Shown in pieces: positions 1 through 8,691 of a stretch of 26,987 bases of DNA. This stretch comes from a bacterium (GTDB lineage: Bacteria; SZUA-182; DTGQ01; JAFGSM01). The stretch spans positions 1 to 26,987 of the forward strand of contig JBLIRN010000038.1 of NCBI GenBank assembly GCA_049472315.1. Reading direction: 5' to 3'. Position 1 is the first letter of the stretch. Every line of letters begins with the position of its first letter. The notes under the pieces are model-generated. The model was not told the origin of the DNA and made no database searches. It saw only the letters and a list, made by a program, of their open reading frames with translations. The translations under genes were made by a program, and so were the position numbers.

Positions 1-10
1 AGCCCGTAAG

Positions 11-1171
11 ATGGTACAATTTATGGAGAAATCAAGCTGGATCCGAAGGATGTTCGAGGCGGGTGCAGCACTCAAGGCCCAGTTCGGTGCAGAAAACGTG
101 TTCGACTTCAGTTTGGGGAATCCGAACCTGGAACCGCCGCCCATATTCACCCGAACCTTCATGGAGTGCCTCAACGAACAAAGGCCCATGAAGCATGGAT
201 ACATGCCCAATGCCGGGTACCCGGAGGTCAGAAGGAGCGTGGCTGAATACCTGCGAAAGGAGCAGGGAACGGCGTTTACGGAGAACGAGATCATCATGAC
301 CTGCGGCGCAGGGGGCGGTCTTAACGTGGTATTGAAATCAATCCTGAATCCCGGGGAGGTGGTGCTCTGCCCTTCCCCCTACTTCGTTGAGTACGTCTTT
401 TACACGGACAACCACGGAGGCACCCTGGAAACGGTCCCCACCACGGAGGAGTTCGATATCGACATGGATCGCTTCGCATCCGCCATAACGCCCGGCACGG
501 CAGCCGTGCTCATCAATTCCCCCAATAATCCCACCGGGCGTGTATATACCGCACGCGCCATCGAGCGGTTGGCTGCCATGTTGCGGGAAAAATCGCAGGA
601 GTACAATCGTCCCATCTACCTGATAAGCGACGAGCCCTACCGGAAGATCGTCTATGACGGCATTGCCGTTCCTTCCATCCCTGCGGCTTACGATAACAGC
701 ATTGTGGTGCACTCCTACTCAAAGGACCTTTCACTGGCCGGCGAGAGGATCGGATTCATTGCCGTCAATCCAAAGGCCGAGGGTGCGCCACAACTGATCG
801 GCGCAATGGTGCTCGCAAACAGGATCCTTGGCTTCGTCAACGCACCTGCCTCCATCCAGCGGGCAGTAGGGAGACTGCAAGGGGTAAGTGTGGATACCGG
901 CATTTACGAACGAAGGAGGAACCTGCTCTGCGACGGCCTGGCCTCCATCGGCTATCGGTTTACCCGCCCCCAGGGGGCATTCTATCTCTTCCCCTCATGC
1001 CCAATCGAGGATGACGTAAAATTCTGCGCAATCCTCCAGGAAGAGAAGGTCCTCGCCGTTCCGGGGCGCGGATTCGGGAGCCCGGGGCACTTCAGGCTCG
1101 CCTACTGCGTGGAGGATGCGGTGATTGAGCGTGCCATGCCCGCCTTCCGGAGGGCATGGGACAGGGTGTAA
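11..1171 (+). CDS. PLP-dependent class I/II aminotransferase (aspartate aminotransferase-like); true start may lie upstream of the window
   Basis: Motifs SLGNP, NSPNNPTG, SDEPY, SYSKDLSLAGERIG (PLP lysine), GAFYLF and PGRGFG...FRLAY. The frame is also open from base 2 (ARK-MVQF), so the 5' end may be truncated. Confidence 0.92.
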   Translation: MVQFMEKSSWIRRMFEAGAALKAQFGAENVFDFSLGNPNLEPPPIFTRTFMECLNEQRPMKHGYMPNAGYPEVRRSVAEYLRKEQGTAFTENEIIMTCGAGGGLNVVLKSILNPGEVVLCPSPYFVEYVFYTDNHGGTLETVPTTEEFDIDMDRFASAITPGTAAVLINSPNNPTGRVYTARAIERLAAMLREKSQEYNRPIYLISDEPYRKIVYDGIAVPSIPAAYDNSIVVHSYSKDLSLAGERIGFIAVNPKAEGAPQLIGAMVLANRILGFVNAPASIQRAVGRLQGVSVDTGIYERRRNLLCDGLASIGYRFTRPQGAFYLFPSCPIEDDVKFCAILQEEKVLAVPGRGFGSPGHFRLAYCVEDAVIERAMPAFRRAWDRV

Positions 1172-1252
1172 TCCTCGCGCCCCTCATCCAATTTCCCTCC
1201 TCTTTTATAGTCGTATCCTATACCTGAGATCTGTATCATCGATACTTTCAAT

Positions 1253-1282
1253 TTGACATCAATATTTTCAACATGTTATACA
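1253..1282 (+). promoter_or_regulatory. Possible sigma70 promoter for the yedE operon
   Basis: TTGACA at 1253-1258, 18-nt spacer, TG-n-TATACA in an AT-rich intergenic region; the -10 is imperfect. Confidence 0.4.
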
Positions 1283-1437
1283 TTTCTAATAGAACTTTTT
1301 ACATAAGGGGCAGCCCGCTTCTGACAGTCGCCGTACACATTCCGGCAAAAAGGTTTCACTATCCTGCAATAAAGGAAAGGCCTTAAGAAATGCGGTAACC
1401 ATATGGATCATTAATTTAAAGGCGGAAGAAAAAATCG

Positions 1438-2508
1438 ATGAGATATTTCTTTTCAACAAGGAAGGGAATCATTTCAGTGGGGCTTTTCATCGGTGTCGTT
1501 GCCGCCGTCCTGCAGAGGCTCGGAAATCCCCCCAATATGGGGATCTGCGTGGCGTGCATGGAAAGGGACATCGCAGGGGCACTGGGCCTGCATCGCGCAG
1601 CCGTTGTTCAGTACATGAGGCCGGAGATCATCGGCTTCGTTCTCGGCGCGTTCATTGCAGCCCTGATCTTCAAGGAATACAAGTCACGGGGAGGCTCTGC
1701 ACCCATTGCCCGCTTCGTCCTTGGTTTTTTTGCCATGATCGGGTCCCTGGTATTCCTCGGATGCCCCTGGCGGGCACTGCTCAGGCTGGCGGGCGGCGAC
1801 GGCAACGCGATCCTGGGCCTCCTCGGGCTCGTGGCCGGTGTGTGGATCGGGGTCCTGTTCATTAAATCCGGTTATTCCCTTGGAAGGAGCGGCAAGGCGC
1901 AAACCCTTTCCGGGCTCCTCTTTCCCATCACCATGGCAGGATTCCTCCTGCTCCTCCTCGCGCATCCGAGGCTTTCAACGGGTGCCCTGTTTTTCAGCGA
2001 AAAGGGCCCCGGCGCCCAGCATGCCCCCATCATCATCTCCCTGCTGGCAGCGGTGGCCATCGGGTTTCTGGCCCAAAGGACACGCTTTTGCACCATGGGC
2101 GCATTCAGGGACCTCATCCTCATCCGGGACATCCACCTCCTGTCCGGGGTCATTGCCCTGCTCGCCGGCGCCTTCGTCACCAATCTGATCCTCAGGCAGT
2201 TCAATCCCGGATTCGTCAACCAGCCGATCGCCCACAACAACCATCTGTGGAACTTCGGCGGGATGGTGCTCGCCGGTCTCGCCTTTGCCCTGGCCGGTGG
2301 ATGCCCGGGTCGACAGTTATTCATGTCCGGAGAGGGAGACGGCGATGCCGCGATATTCGTCCTGGGGATGATCGCAGGGGCGGCGTTCGCCCACAACTTC
2401 GCCATGGCAAGCTCCCCGCGGGGGCCTGCGGTGTGGGGACCGGCTGCCGTGATCCTTGGCCTGGTGGTGTGCATCACCATGGGATTCACCATGAGGCAGC
2501 GCGCATGA
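1438..2508 (+). CDS. yedE: YedE/YeeE-family membrane protein, putative selenium/sulfur transporter
   Basis: Multi-TM protein with GNPPNMGICVACMERDIAG, LGCPWR, RTRFCTMG and AGGCPGRQL, the conserved Cys motifs of the Se-associated YedE subfamily. A TusA-like gene follows. Confidence 0.9.
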   Translation: MRYFFSTRKGIISVGLFIGVVAAVLQRLGNPPNMGICVACMERDIAGALGLHRAAVVQYMRPEIIGFVLGAFIAALIFKEYKSRGGSAPIARFVLGFFAMIGSLVFLGCPWRALLRLAGGDGNAILGLLGLVAGVWIGVLFIKSGYSLGRSGKAQTLSGLLFPITMAGFLLLLLAHPRLSTGALFFSEKGPGAQHAPIIISLLAAVAIGFLAQRTRFCTMGAFRDLILIRDIHLLSGVIALLAGAFVTNLILRQFNPGFVNQPIAHNNHLWNFGGMVLAGLAFALAGGCPGRQLFMSGEGDGDAAIFVLGMIAGAAFAHNFAMASSPRGPAVWGPAAVILGLVVCITMGFTMRQRA

Positions 2509-2551
2509 GCACAGGGAAATATCACCTTGTCACGGAACCAGCAAACGCACA

Positions 2552-2671
2552 GGGGCATGATACCATCCATGGTATCCGTCCGACGGATACCATGCCCCGG
2601 ACGATCCGCAATGGAGGGCATATTCCCTTTCATATCATAGGTAATCATACGTATGGATCGGTCGGACCGAT
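2552..2671. promoter_or_regulatory. Two related 15-bp palindromes plus nested inverted repeats between yedE and the TusA-like gene
   Basis: ATCCGTC-C-GACGGAT (2574-2588; arms extend to 13 bp, 2568-2594) and ATCGGTC-G-GACCGAT (2657-2671). GGGGCATG (2552-2559) pairs with CATGCCCC (2591-2598). Confidence 0.45.
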
Positions 2672-2688
2672 GCACAGGAGGATTCATC

Positions 2689-2901
2689 ATGACCGAACGA
2701 ATTGATGCACGGGGCTTCTCCTGCCCTCAACCGGTCGTTTTGACCAGGAACAAGATGAAGGAACTGGGAAAGGGCACCTTCGAGGTGATCGTGGAGACCG
2801 GCACCTCACGGGACAACATCACGCGGCTTGCGCAGCACGAGGGCTGGGCAATCGAGATACACGAGGAGGGGGATGAATTCCGCCTCATCCTGAGCAAATA
2901 A
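2689..2901 (+). CDS. TusA/SirA-family sulfur (selenium) carrier protein, 70 aa
   Basis: IDARGFSCPQP (CPxP motif). The ATG at 2689 follows AGGAGG and is preferred over the ORF-track start at 2653. Confidence 0.9.
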   Translation: MTERIDARGFSCPQPVVLTRNKMKELGKGTFEVIVETGTSRDNITRLAQHEGWAIEIHEEGDEFRLILSK

Positions 2902-2913
2902 TGGAAAAGGGCG

Positions 2914-3465
2914 ATGCTGCACCGTCTGTTTAAAAAGGGAATTTCCACGGACCAGGAGGAAAAGGGGAAGGGCCTCTTTCTTTTCCAGGAGGCAGGTGAG
3001 GCCATACGGGCTGAAAAGACACTTACGTGCGCCGGATATGAGGTGCGGGTCATGGCCCCGCCTCCCCGGCTCAGGACGGGATGCGACCTCGTCATCCTCT
3101 TCGATCTCGTGGAGCAAACCGGCATGGCCCGCCTGCTGAAGGAGGCAGGCAATCCCCCATTGGATATCGTTCCGGTATCCAATGGCGCCATGGCCCCCCT
3201 GGACATATGCCGCATAACCGACTATGGCGATCATCTCATGGTGCGTGCGGCGAATATGAAGATAACCGTTGAAAAGGCGGGGCAAAGAATCGTCAATATC
3301 TCCGGAGGCGGGTGCCCGGACATCCCCTACCTTGCGCAGCGCATGATCGGGAAATCCCTCCTGGAATGCGTGTCCCCCGCGGAAATCGGGTTCACCCTCT
3401 GTGCCTATACCCTGAACGTGGCCTATGAGGAGGCGCGACGACTCCTGGCCGTGTCAGGGGAGTAA
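2914..3465 (+). CDS. DUF3343-domain protein (putative S/Se carrier-associated)
   Basis: LFLF...EAIRAEKTL...VRVMAPPPRLRTGCDL N-terminal pattern and C-terminal ISGGGCPDIPYL...GFTLCAY; operon context with yedE and the TusA-like gene. Confidence 0.75.
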   Translation: MLHRLFKKGISTDQEEKGKGLFLFQEAGEAIRAEKTLTCAGYEVRVMAPPPRLRTGCDLVILFDLVEQTGMARLLKEAGNPPLDIVPVSNGAMAPLDICRITDYGDHLMVRAANMKITVEKAGQRIVNISGGGCPDIPYLAQRMIGKSLLECVSPAEIGFTLCAYTLNVAYEEARRLLAVSGE

Positions 3466-3472
3466 GGCATTT

Positions 3473-4348
3473 ATGCTGCTCATCGGCGGTACCATTCCCT
3501 ATGACGTCGGCAGGATCTTTACAGGCCCTCTCCGGTATTCACATGACACAATCCACATAGGTGATCATTCCATCCCGGTGGGCCGGGGCACCGCAGCCCT
3601 TGCCGGAGCTACCGCAGCAACCTGCCTGCGCCTGGGGATCGAGCCCCCCCATGCCATCCTTGCAGGCGATATCGGCCAGAAGTCAAGCGGTTCACTCATC
3701 TACGATGCACTCCGGGATTTCCTGAAAGGGAACCCGGTGCGGGTGCTCACCCTCCACTACCTCATGCCCAATATCCTGTACCACAAGAGATTGATGGCGT
3801 CGATCCAAAACCGCGATAAACGGCCCATCATGATCGCCGATGCAGGCTCCATGTATGTGGCAAAGGCCGCAGGCCAGGCCCCCCTCTATGACCTCTTCAC
3901 CCCGGACCTGGGGGAACTGGCATTCCTTGCCGACGACAAGGCCGATCATCCCGCCTACACCCGGGGATTCATCTGTCACCTGGAGGGAGAAGCCCCGACC
4001 CTGATCGCGCGTGCCTACGAGTATACGAATGCGGCGCGGTATCTGTTCGTGAAGGGGAGCACCGATTACCTGTGCAGGGAGGGGGCCATTATCGGCCGGG
4101 TGGATGAACCCTCAGTGAGGGTACTCGAGGCCATCGGCGGGACCGGGGATACCCTCACCGGGATCGTTGCAGCGCTCATTTATCAGGGGATGGATATCGA
4201 ACAGGCATGCCTGCTGGCAGCCAGGGCAAACCGCTGGGCCGGAAAACTGGCGGAACCCACCCCGGCGACGCAGATCGGGTCAATCATCGAGTGCATCCCG
4301 GAGGCCCTTGACAGGGTTGATATCCCAAGGCATCCCCTCGCCGGCTGA
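3473..4348 (+). CDS. Ribokinase-fold carbohydrate kinase / YjeF-C (NAD(P)HX dehydratase)-like protein
   Basis: IADAG, FTPDLGELAFLA, VKGSTD and AIGGTGDTLTG (anion-hole motif). ATG at 3473, just after the previous stop, with GGAG upstream. Confidence 0.8.
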   Translation: MLLIGGTIPYDVGRIFTGPLRYSHDTIHIGDHSIPVGRGTAALAGATAATCLRLGIEPPHAILAGDIGQKSSGSLIYDALRDFLKGNPVRVLTLHYLMPNILYHKRLMASIQNRDKRPIMIADAGSMYVAKAAGQAPLYDLFTPDLGELAFLADDKADHPAYTRGFICHLEGEAPTLIARAYEYTNAARYLFVKGSTDYLCREGAIIGRVDEPSVRVLEAIGGTGDTLTGIVAALIYQGMDIEQACLLAARANRWAGKLAEPTPATQIGSIIECIPEALDRVDIPRHPLAG

Positions 4349-4359
4349 CCGGAGCCGCA

Positions 4360-5877
4360 TCACACCATCAGCTTGTCTTCCGCAGGCCCGTGCAGATGGG
4401 CGAGCTTCTCCTTCTTCCATTTCCTGGTACTCAGGATGATTCCCACTACCAGGGTCACCAGCAGCCAGCCCAGCCCGAGGACAAGGAGGGCGCCCACCTT
4501 GTACCCCCCATAGGCGGTCTTGAACTCATCGATCAGATTGGTCGCGAGGATGATCACCAGGATGCCCGGGGTAAAGATCTTGATTGCATAATCCCATGCC
4601 TGGTTGATCTTCCACTGGGATATCTCGTTGATATGGCCTCGCAGCAGCTTTGCCTTGAGGAACCAGCCGACGGCGATGCATTCCAGTATACCCGCAAAGA
4701 TCAGGCCGTAGCTGGTCAGGAAGTGGTCCACGATATCCAGCCACAGGAGCCCCGCCCTGGTGGTGAACACCAGGCTTCCCAGGAATCCAACGATACAGGT
4801 CACGGTGACCACGTTCTCCCTTCTGAAGGGAAACTTGTCGGTGATCGCACAGGCGAACGCCTCCACCAGGGATATGGCGGAGGAGAGCCCGGCAAGGAAC
4901 AGGGCCGTGAAGAAGAGGACCCCGAACAGGTTGCGTAAAAAGGGCAGGCTGGAGATCGCCTCGGGATATGCCACAAAGGCAAGGCTCGGCCCTGACTTGA
5001 TGACCTTGTCAATGGTCACCCCTTTGGCATGGGCCATGTATCCGAGCACGCCGAACACGGCGAATCCTGCGAAGATGGCGTAAAAGCAGTCCGCAAAACT
5101 GGTGATGCAGGCATTCTGGACGATGTCCGTTTCCTCGGGAAGGTAGCTCGCGTAGGTGATCATGATCCCGAAGGCCAGGGAGAGGGAGAAAAACATCTGC
5201 CCGTAGGCGGCGATCCACACCTTCCAGCTTGCCAGCTTCTCCCAGTCGGGCTTCAGGTACCAGGCAACCCCCGAGAGGGCGCCCTCGAGGGTGAGGGACC
5301 AGAATACCAGTATGGCGGTCAGGATAAAGAGCGCGGGCATGAAGATCGTGCATGCCTTTTCGATCCCCCGGTCGATATCCTTATAGCAGATATACCAGCA
5401 TATACCCCAGACAAAGAGGGTGGAAAGCAGGATGGAGAGGCTCGGCAGCCCGACCTGCCACACATCCGAGGAGAGCCCGAGGAAGTGGTTCAGGAAGAAT
5501 CCCTGGGTATCCTGCCCCCACTTGAGGGTGACGCTGAAGATGGTATAGTTGACGCACCAGCCGATGACCACGGAGTAATAGAGCAGGATGCCGAACATGG
5601 CGAACAGCGGCATCCACCACCCCAACCACTCCCACTTTCGACCGATCCTCGCAAAGCTCAGGTTGGAGGAGCCGTGTATCTTGTGGCCGAGGCCGTATTC
5701 CAGGATCAGCAGGGGGATGCCTGCGGTCACCAGTGCAACCAGGTACGGGATGAGAAAGGCGCCCCCGCCGTTTTCGTAGGCCACGTAACTGAATCGCCAT
5801 ATATTCCCGAGTCCGACTGCTGAGCCGATGGCGGCAAGCAGAAAACCCATGTTTGATTTCCACCTGGAACGTTCCAT
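4360..5877 (-). CDS. Sodium-dependent transporter, neurotransmitter:sodium symporter (NSS/SNF) family; probably amino-acid uptake
   Basis: Signature GSAVGLGNIWRF...NGGGAFLIPY, plus GQMFFSLS and GPSLAFVAYP. About 12 TM segments; RBS AAGGAGG before the ATG. Confidence 0.93.
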   Translation of the reverse strand: MERSRWKSNMGFLLAAIGSAVGLGNIWRFSYVAYENGGGAFLIPYLVALVTAGIPLLILEYGLGHKIHGSSNLSFARIGRKWEWLGWWMPLFAMFGILLYYSVVIGWCVNYTIFSVTLKWGQDTQGFFLNHFLGLSSDVWQVGLPSLSILLSTLFVWGICWYICYKDIDRGIEKACTIFMPALFILTAILVFWSLTLEGALSGVAWYLKPDWEKLASWKVWIAAYGQMFFSLSLAFGIMITYASYLPEETDIVQNACITSFADCFYAIFAGFAVFGVLGYMAHAKGVTIDKVIKSGPSLAFVAYPEAISSLPFLRNLFGVLFFTALFLAGLSSAISLVEAFACAITDKFPFRRENVVTVTCIVGFLGSLVFTTRAGLLWLDIVDHFLTSYGLIFAGILECIAVGWFLKAKLLRGHINEISQWKINQAWDYAIKIFTPGILVIILATNLIDEFKTAYGGYKVGALLVLGLGWLLVTLVVGIILSTRKWKKEKLAHLHGPAEDKLMV

Positions 5878-5939
5878 TGAAGCCTCCTTCGAGAAGATTC
5901 TTGTTAGGGATCAAGGCGTTCAACGCAGGTACGGGACCG

Positions 5940-5968
5940 AGTATAAACAAGAATTCCCCGCCGGTCAA
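5940..5968 (-). promoter_or_regulatory. sigma70 promoter for the NSS transporter
   Basis: Minus strand reads TTGACC-17 nt-TATACT. Confidence 0.7.
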
Positions 5969-6003
5969 GAAAAACGCCCCTTGGTATCAAGCCATAGGAG
6001 GCC

Positions 6004-6031
6004 TTGACGCACGCGACGGATGTGCTATTCT
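6004..6031 (+). promoter_or_regulatory. sigma70 promoter (extended -10) for the DUF72-RLP operon
   Basis: TTGACG-16 nt-TATTCT with TG-n before the -10; back-to-back with the transporter promoter. Confidence 0.55.
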
Positions 6032-6037
6032 CTGTAC

Positions 6038-6799
6038 ATGGGACCTGCAATGCATCATGACCACGCTGAGCGACGTTTCTGGATCGGCACCTCCGGCTGG
6101 TACTACCGGCACTGGGAGGGGCACTTCTACCCGCAAGGGCTCCCGAGCGGGGAGTGGCTTTCATACTACACGAGGCACTTCAGGACGGTGGAGGTGAATG
6201 CGAGTTTCTACCGCCTCCCCTTCAAGGGGATGATCACCGGATGGATACGGCGAACGCCCCCCGATTTCAGATTCGTGTTCAAGGGAAGCAGGAGGGTGAC
6301 CCATGTGCTCAAGCTGCGCAGCGTGCATGAATCCGTTACCCTCCTCCTGGAACGGCTTGCACCCCTCAGGGAAAGGATCGCCTGCATCCTTTGGCAACTC
6401 CCTCCCTCGCTCAAGCAGGACCTTCCCCTGCTCGGGGAATTTCTGGCCCAGCTTCCCACCGGCTATCGCCATGCCATCGAATTCCGCCATGCATCCTGGA
6501 TTCATGAACAATCCTTTCAACTGCTCGCCCAACACAGGGTCGCCCACTGCACGGTGAGCGCCCCCAGGCTTCCCTGCAATTCGAGCGTGACCACGGATCT
6601 TGCCTATATCCGTTTCCACGGGATCAGCGGTTGGTACAACTATGACTATTCCGAGGAGGACCTCCGCTGGTGGCGGGATGAGATCAGGAGGATCGGCGAG
6701 AAGGCGGAGCAGGTTTTCGCCTTTTTCAATAACGACTTCGAGGCCCATGCAGTGCACAATGCGCTGAGGTTGCAGGAGTTGCTCGCGGAGGGAGGATGA
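6038..6799 (+). CDS. DUF72 (YecE-like) family protein; start is 6038 or 6050
   Basis: IGTSGWYY..W...FYP, TVEVNASFYRLP, QLPPS, EFRHASW, YIRFHG and FFNND. The ORF-track start 6020 lies inside the predicted promoter. Confidence 0.88.
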   Translation: MGPAMHHDHAERRFWIGTSGWYYRHWEGHFYPQGLPSGEWLSYYTRHFRTVEVNASFYRLPFKGMITGWIRRTPPDFRFVFKGSRRVTHVLKLRSVHESVTLLLERLAPLRERIACILWQLPPSLKQDLPLLGEFLAQLPTGYRHAIEFRHASWIHEQSFQLLAQHRVAHCTVSAPRLPCNSSVTTDLAYIRFHGISGWYNYDYSEEDLRWWRDEIRRIGEKAEQVFAFFNNDFEAHAVHNALRLQELLAEGG

Positions 6800-6865
6800 T
6801 TGCCCGATGTCCCATCTGAAGATCATCTATTACTCACCATTGAAAATCGTTGTGAAGGGAAGACC

Positions 6866-8461
6866 GTGAACAAGGGATTGATCGTTACCTACTGTATCAC
6901 CTGCCCGCCGGAGGAGGTACGGGACCAGGCAGAGGCACTGGCGCTCGAGCAGAGTGTGGAACTGCCGCACAACGCGGTTACCGACCCGGAGGTGGCACAA
7001 TCGAGCATCCCCGATATCCTGGAGCTTACCCCAATCTCCCGCATGCCTAACGGGCTGACCAGGCACAGGGTGCGCCTGGCCTTTTCGCCATCCCTCGTCG
7101 GAGGTGATATACCGCAATTCTTTAACCTGCTGTTCGGGAATATCTCGTTGAAAAAGGGGGTTCGCGTTGAGGACATCGACATGCCCGTTGAGATGGCCGG
7201 GGTCTTTCCAGGGCCCGCACATGGTATGGAAGGGGTTCGGAAGGCATGTCGGCGGCCTTCGGGTGCGATCCTGTGTTCGGTGCTCAAGCCCGTGGGTTCT
7301 TCAACGGAGGTATTCGCCGGGATGGCGGAGGCGTTCGCCAGGGCCGGTGTCCCGTTCATCAAGGATGACCACGGCCTTGCGGATCAGCCCGCCAGTCCCT
7401 TTGCAAAACGGGTTGCCTCCGTCCAAACGGCTATCAAGCGGGCCGGGGAAAGGAGCGTGTACCTTCCAAATATCACCGGTCCGCACGAAGACCTGCAGGA
7501 AAGGATTGCCATGGCCCTCAACGAGGGGGTGAAGGGATTCCTGGTCTGCCCCTTCCTGATAGGGCTGGATACCTTCCGGTTTCTGAGGCAGCGGTATCCG
7601 GTGCTCTGGATGGCCCATCCGGCCTTTTCAGGGGAATTTTTTGCCGACCCGCTCCACGGCTTCAGACCTGGGCTCCTCCTGGGGACCATCCTGCGGCTGT
7701 TGGGCGCGGATATGGTGGTGTTCCCCGATGCAGGGGGGCGATTCGCCTTTACGCCTGATGAGTGCAGGGATATCGCCTCCGGCCTGCGGGATGGGTATCA
7801 GGGAGCATACAGGCGGGCCATGCCGGTTCCTGCCGGCGGCATATCCCTGGCACGGGTCCACAGGGTGCGCAGATTTTACGGCGATGACGTCATGCTCCTC
7901 ATCGGAGGGGATATCTATCTTCATGAATCGGGACTGGAGAGGGCATCCCGCGAACTCATGGAGATCCTCTCAAAACCCACTGAGCCGGCGCCGGATACAA
8001 ACGAGACAGGAACGCCCCGCACGGATGTACGTCCTTATCGCGCATGTTCCCTGCCGGAAGGGGTGACGAGACAGGCACGGGCCGGGGAATGGGAAGGGAT
8101 ACGAAGGTCTCCGTACAAGGTCGAAGGGGGGATGTTCCAGGGAATCACCAGGACGGAATTATACGTGCCCGAATCCGGGGAGGCCGGGTTCGACGTGCGG
8201 TATTTCGAGATCGAGCCTAAAGGATTCTCCAGCCTCGAGAGGCATGAGCATATCCACCTGGTGATCGGCGTCAGGGGCACGGGTGAGGTACGGATAGCCG
8301 ATACGTGGCATACGCTTTCCCCCCATGATATTGTCCGCATTCCCCGGGGTTGTCCCCATCAGCTGCGCAACCGGGGCACATCCGTATTCGGTTTTTACTG
8401 CATCGTGGATCACGTGCGGGACAGGCCGGAACCCTTACAGGGGAATGATGATACCCCTTGA
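6866..8461 (+). CDS. RuBisCO-like protein (form IV, KDDH type) fused to a C-terminal cupin domain
   Basis: RLP motifs EQSVELP, LFGNISL, FPGP.HG, LKPVG, IKDDHGLADQ (K at 7361), AHPAFSG, FPDAGGRF, PAGG and LLIGG. From about 8090 a cupin follows: RYFEIEPKGFSSLERHEHIH...PHQLRN...FYCIVD..RDRP. GTG at 6866 has GAAGGGA upstream; the ORF-track start is 6800. Confidence 0.88.
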   Translation: MNKGLIVTYCITCPPEEVRDQAEALALEQSVELPHNAVTDPEVAQSSIPDILELTPISRMPNGLTRHRVRLAFSPSLVGGDIPQFFNLLFGNISLKKGVRVEDIDMPVEMAGVFPGPAHGMEGVRKACRRPSGAILCSVLKPVGSSTEVFAGMAEAFARAGVPFIKDDHGLADQPASPFAKRVASVQTAIKRAGERSVYLPNITGPHEDLQERIAMALNEGVKGFLVCPFLIGLDTFRFLRQRYPVLWMAHPAFSGEFFADPLHGFRPGLLLGTILRLLGADMVVFPDAGGRFAFTPDECRDIASGLRDGYQGAYRRAMPVPAGGISLARVHRVRRFYGDDVMLLIGGDIYLHESGLERASRELMEILSKPTEPAPDTNETGTPRTDVRPYRACSLPEGVTRQARAGEWEGIRRSPYKVEGGMFQGITRTELYVPESGEAGFDVRYFEIEPKGFSSLERHEHIHLVIGVRGTGEVRIADTWHTLSPHDIVRIPRGCPHQLRNRGTSVFGFYCIVDHVRDRPEPLQGNDDTP

Positions 8462-8626
8462 AGGGTATGCGGCTCGAGAGATTTATCCTGTCCGCCCTGT
8501 TTGAGTATTTAGCCTGACCCTTTCGGCCACCCTATTATAGGTTCAGCTACATGTCCGCCGTGTTCGCGCGTCAGTGAGTGAAATGAGCCGAATCGGCCGG
8601 CATTTGAATCGAGGGGGGAACGGAAT

Positions 8627-8668
8627 TGGAGGGAGCCTTGTCTATGACGGGTATGTCAGCTCCCTCCA
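8627..8668. terminator. Inverted repeat between convergent RLP and OMP genes, possible terminator/stabilising hairpin
   Basis: TGGAGGGAGC (8627-8636) pairs with GCTCCCTCCA (8659-8668); 22-nt loop and no clear U-tract. Confidence 0.4.
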
Positions 8669-8691
8669 GATCGATCCGAAATGTCTATTCT

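Noticed and set aside
2506..2600. yedE TGA plus downstream hairpin as a selenocysteine/SECIS signal
   Set aside because: The protein looks complete at the TGA, the hairpin begins more than 40 nt downstream, and read-through gives no recognisable sequence.
2505..2705. 66-codon His-rich ORF overlapping the yedE stop (ATGA) and the TusA-like start
   Set aside because: No recognisable motif; it runs through the palindromes and overlaps the next gene by 17 nt, so it is probably incidental.
6866..8461. True carbon-fixing RuBisCO
   Set aside because: It has KDDH rather than KDDE, a non-canonical loop 6, and no small subunit or Calvin-cycle genes in the window.
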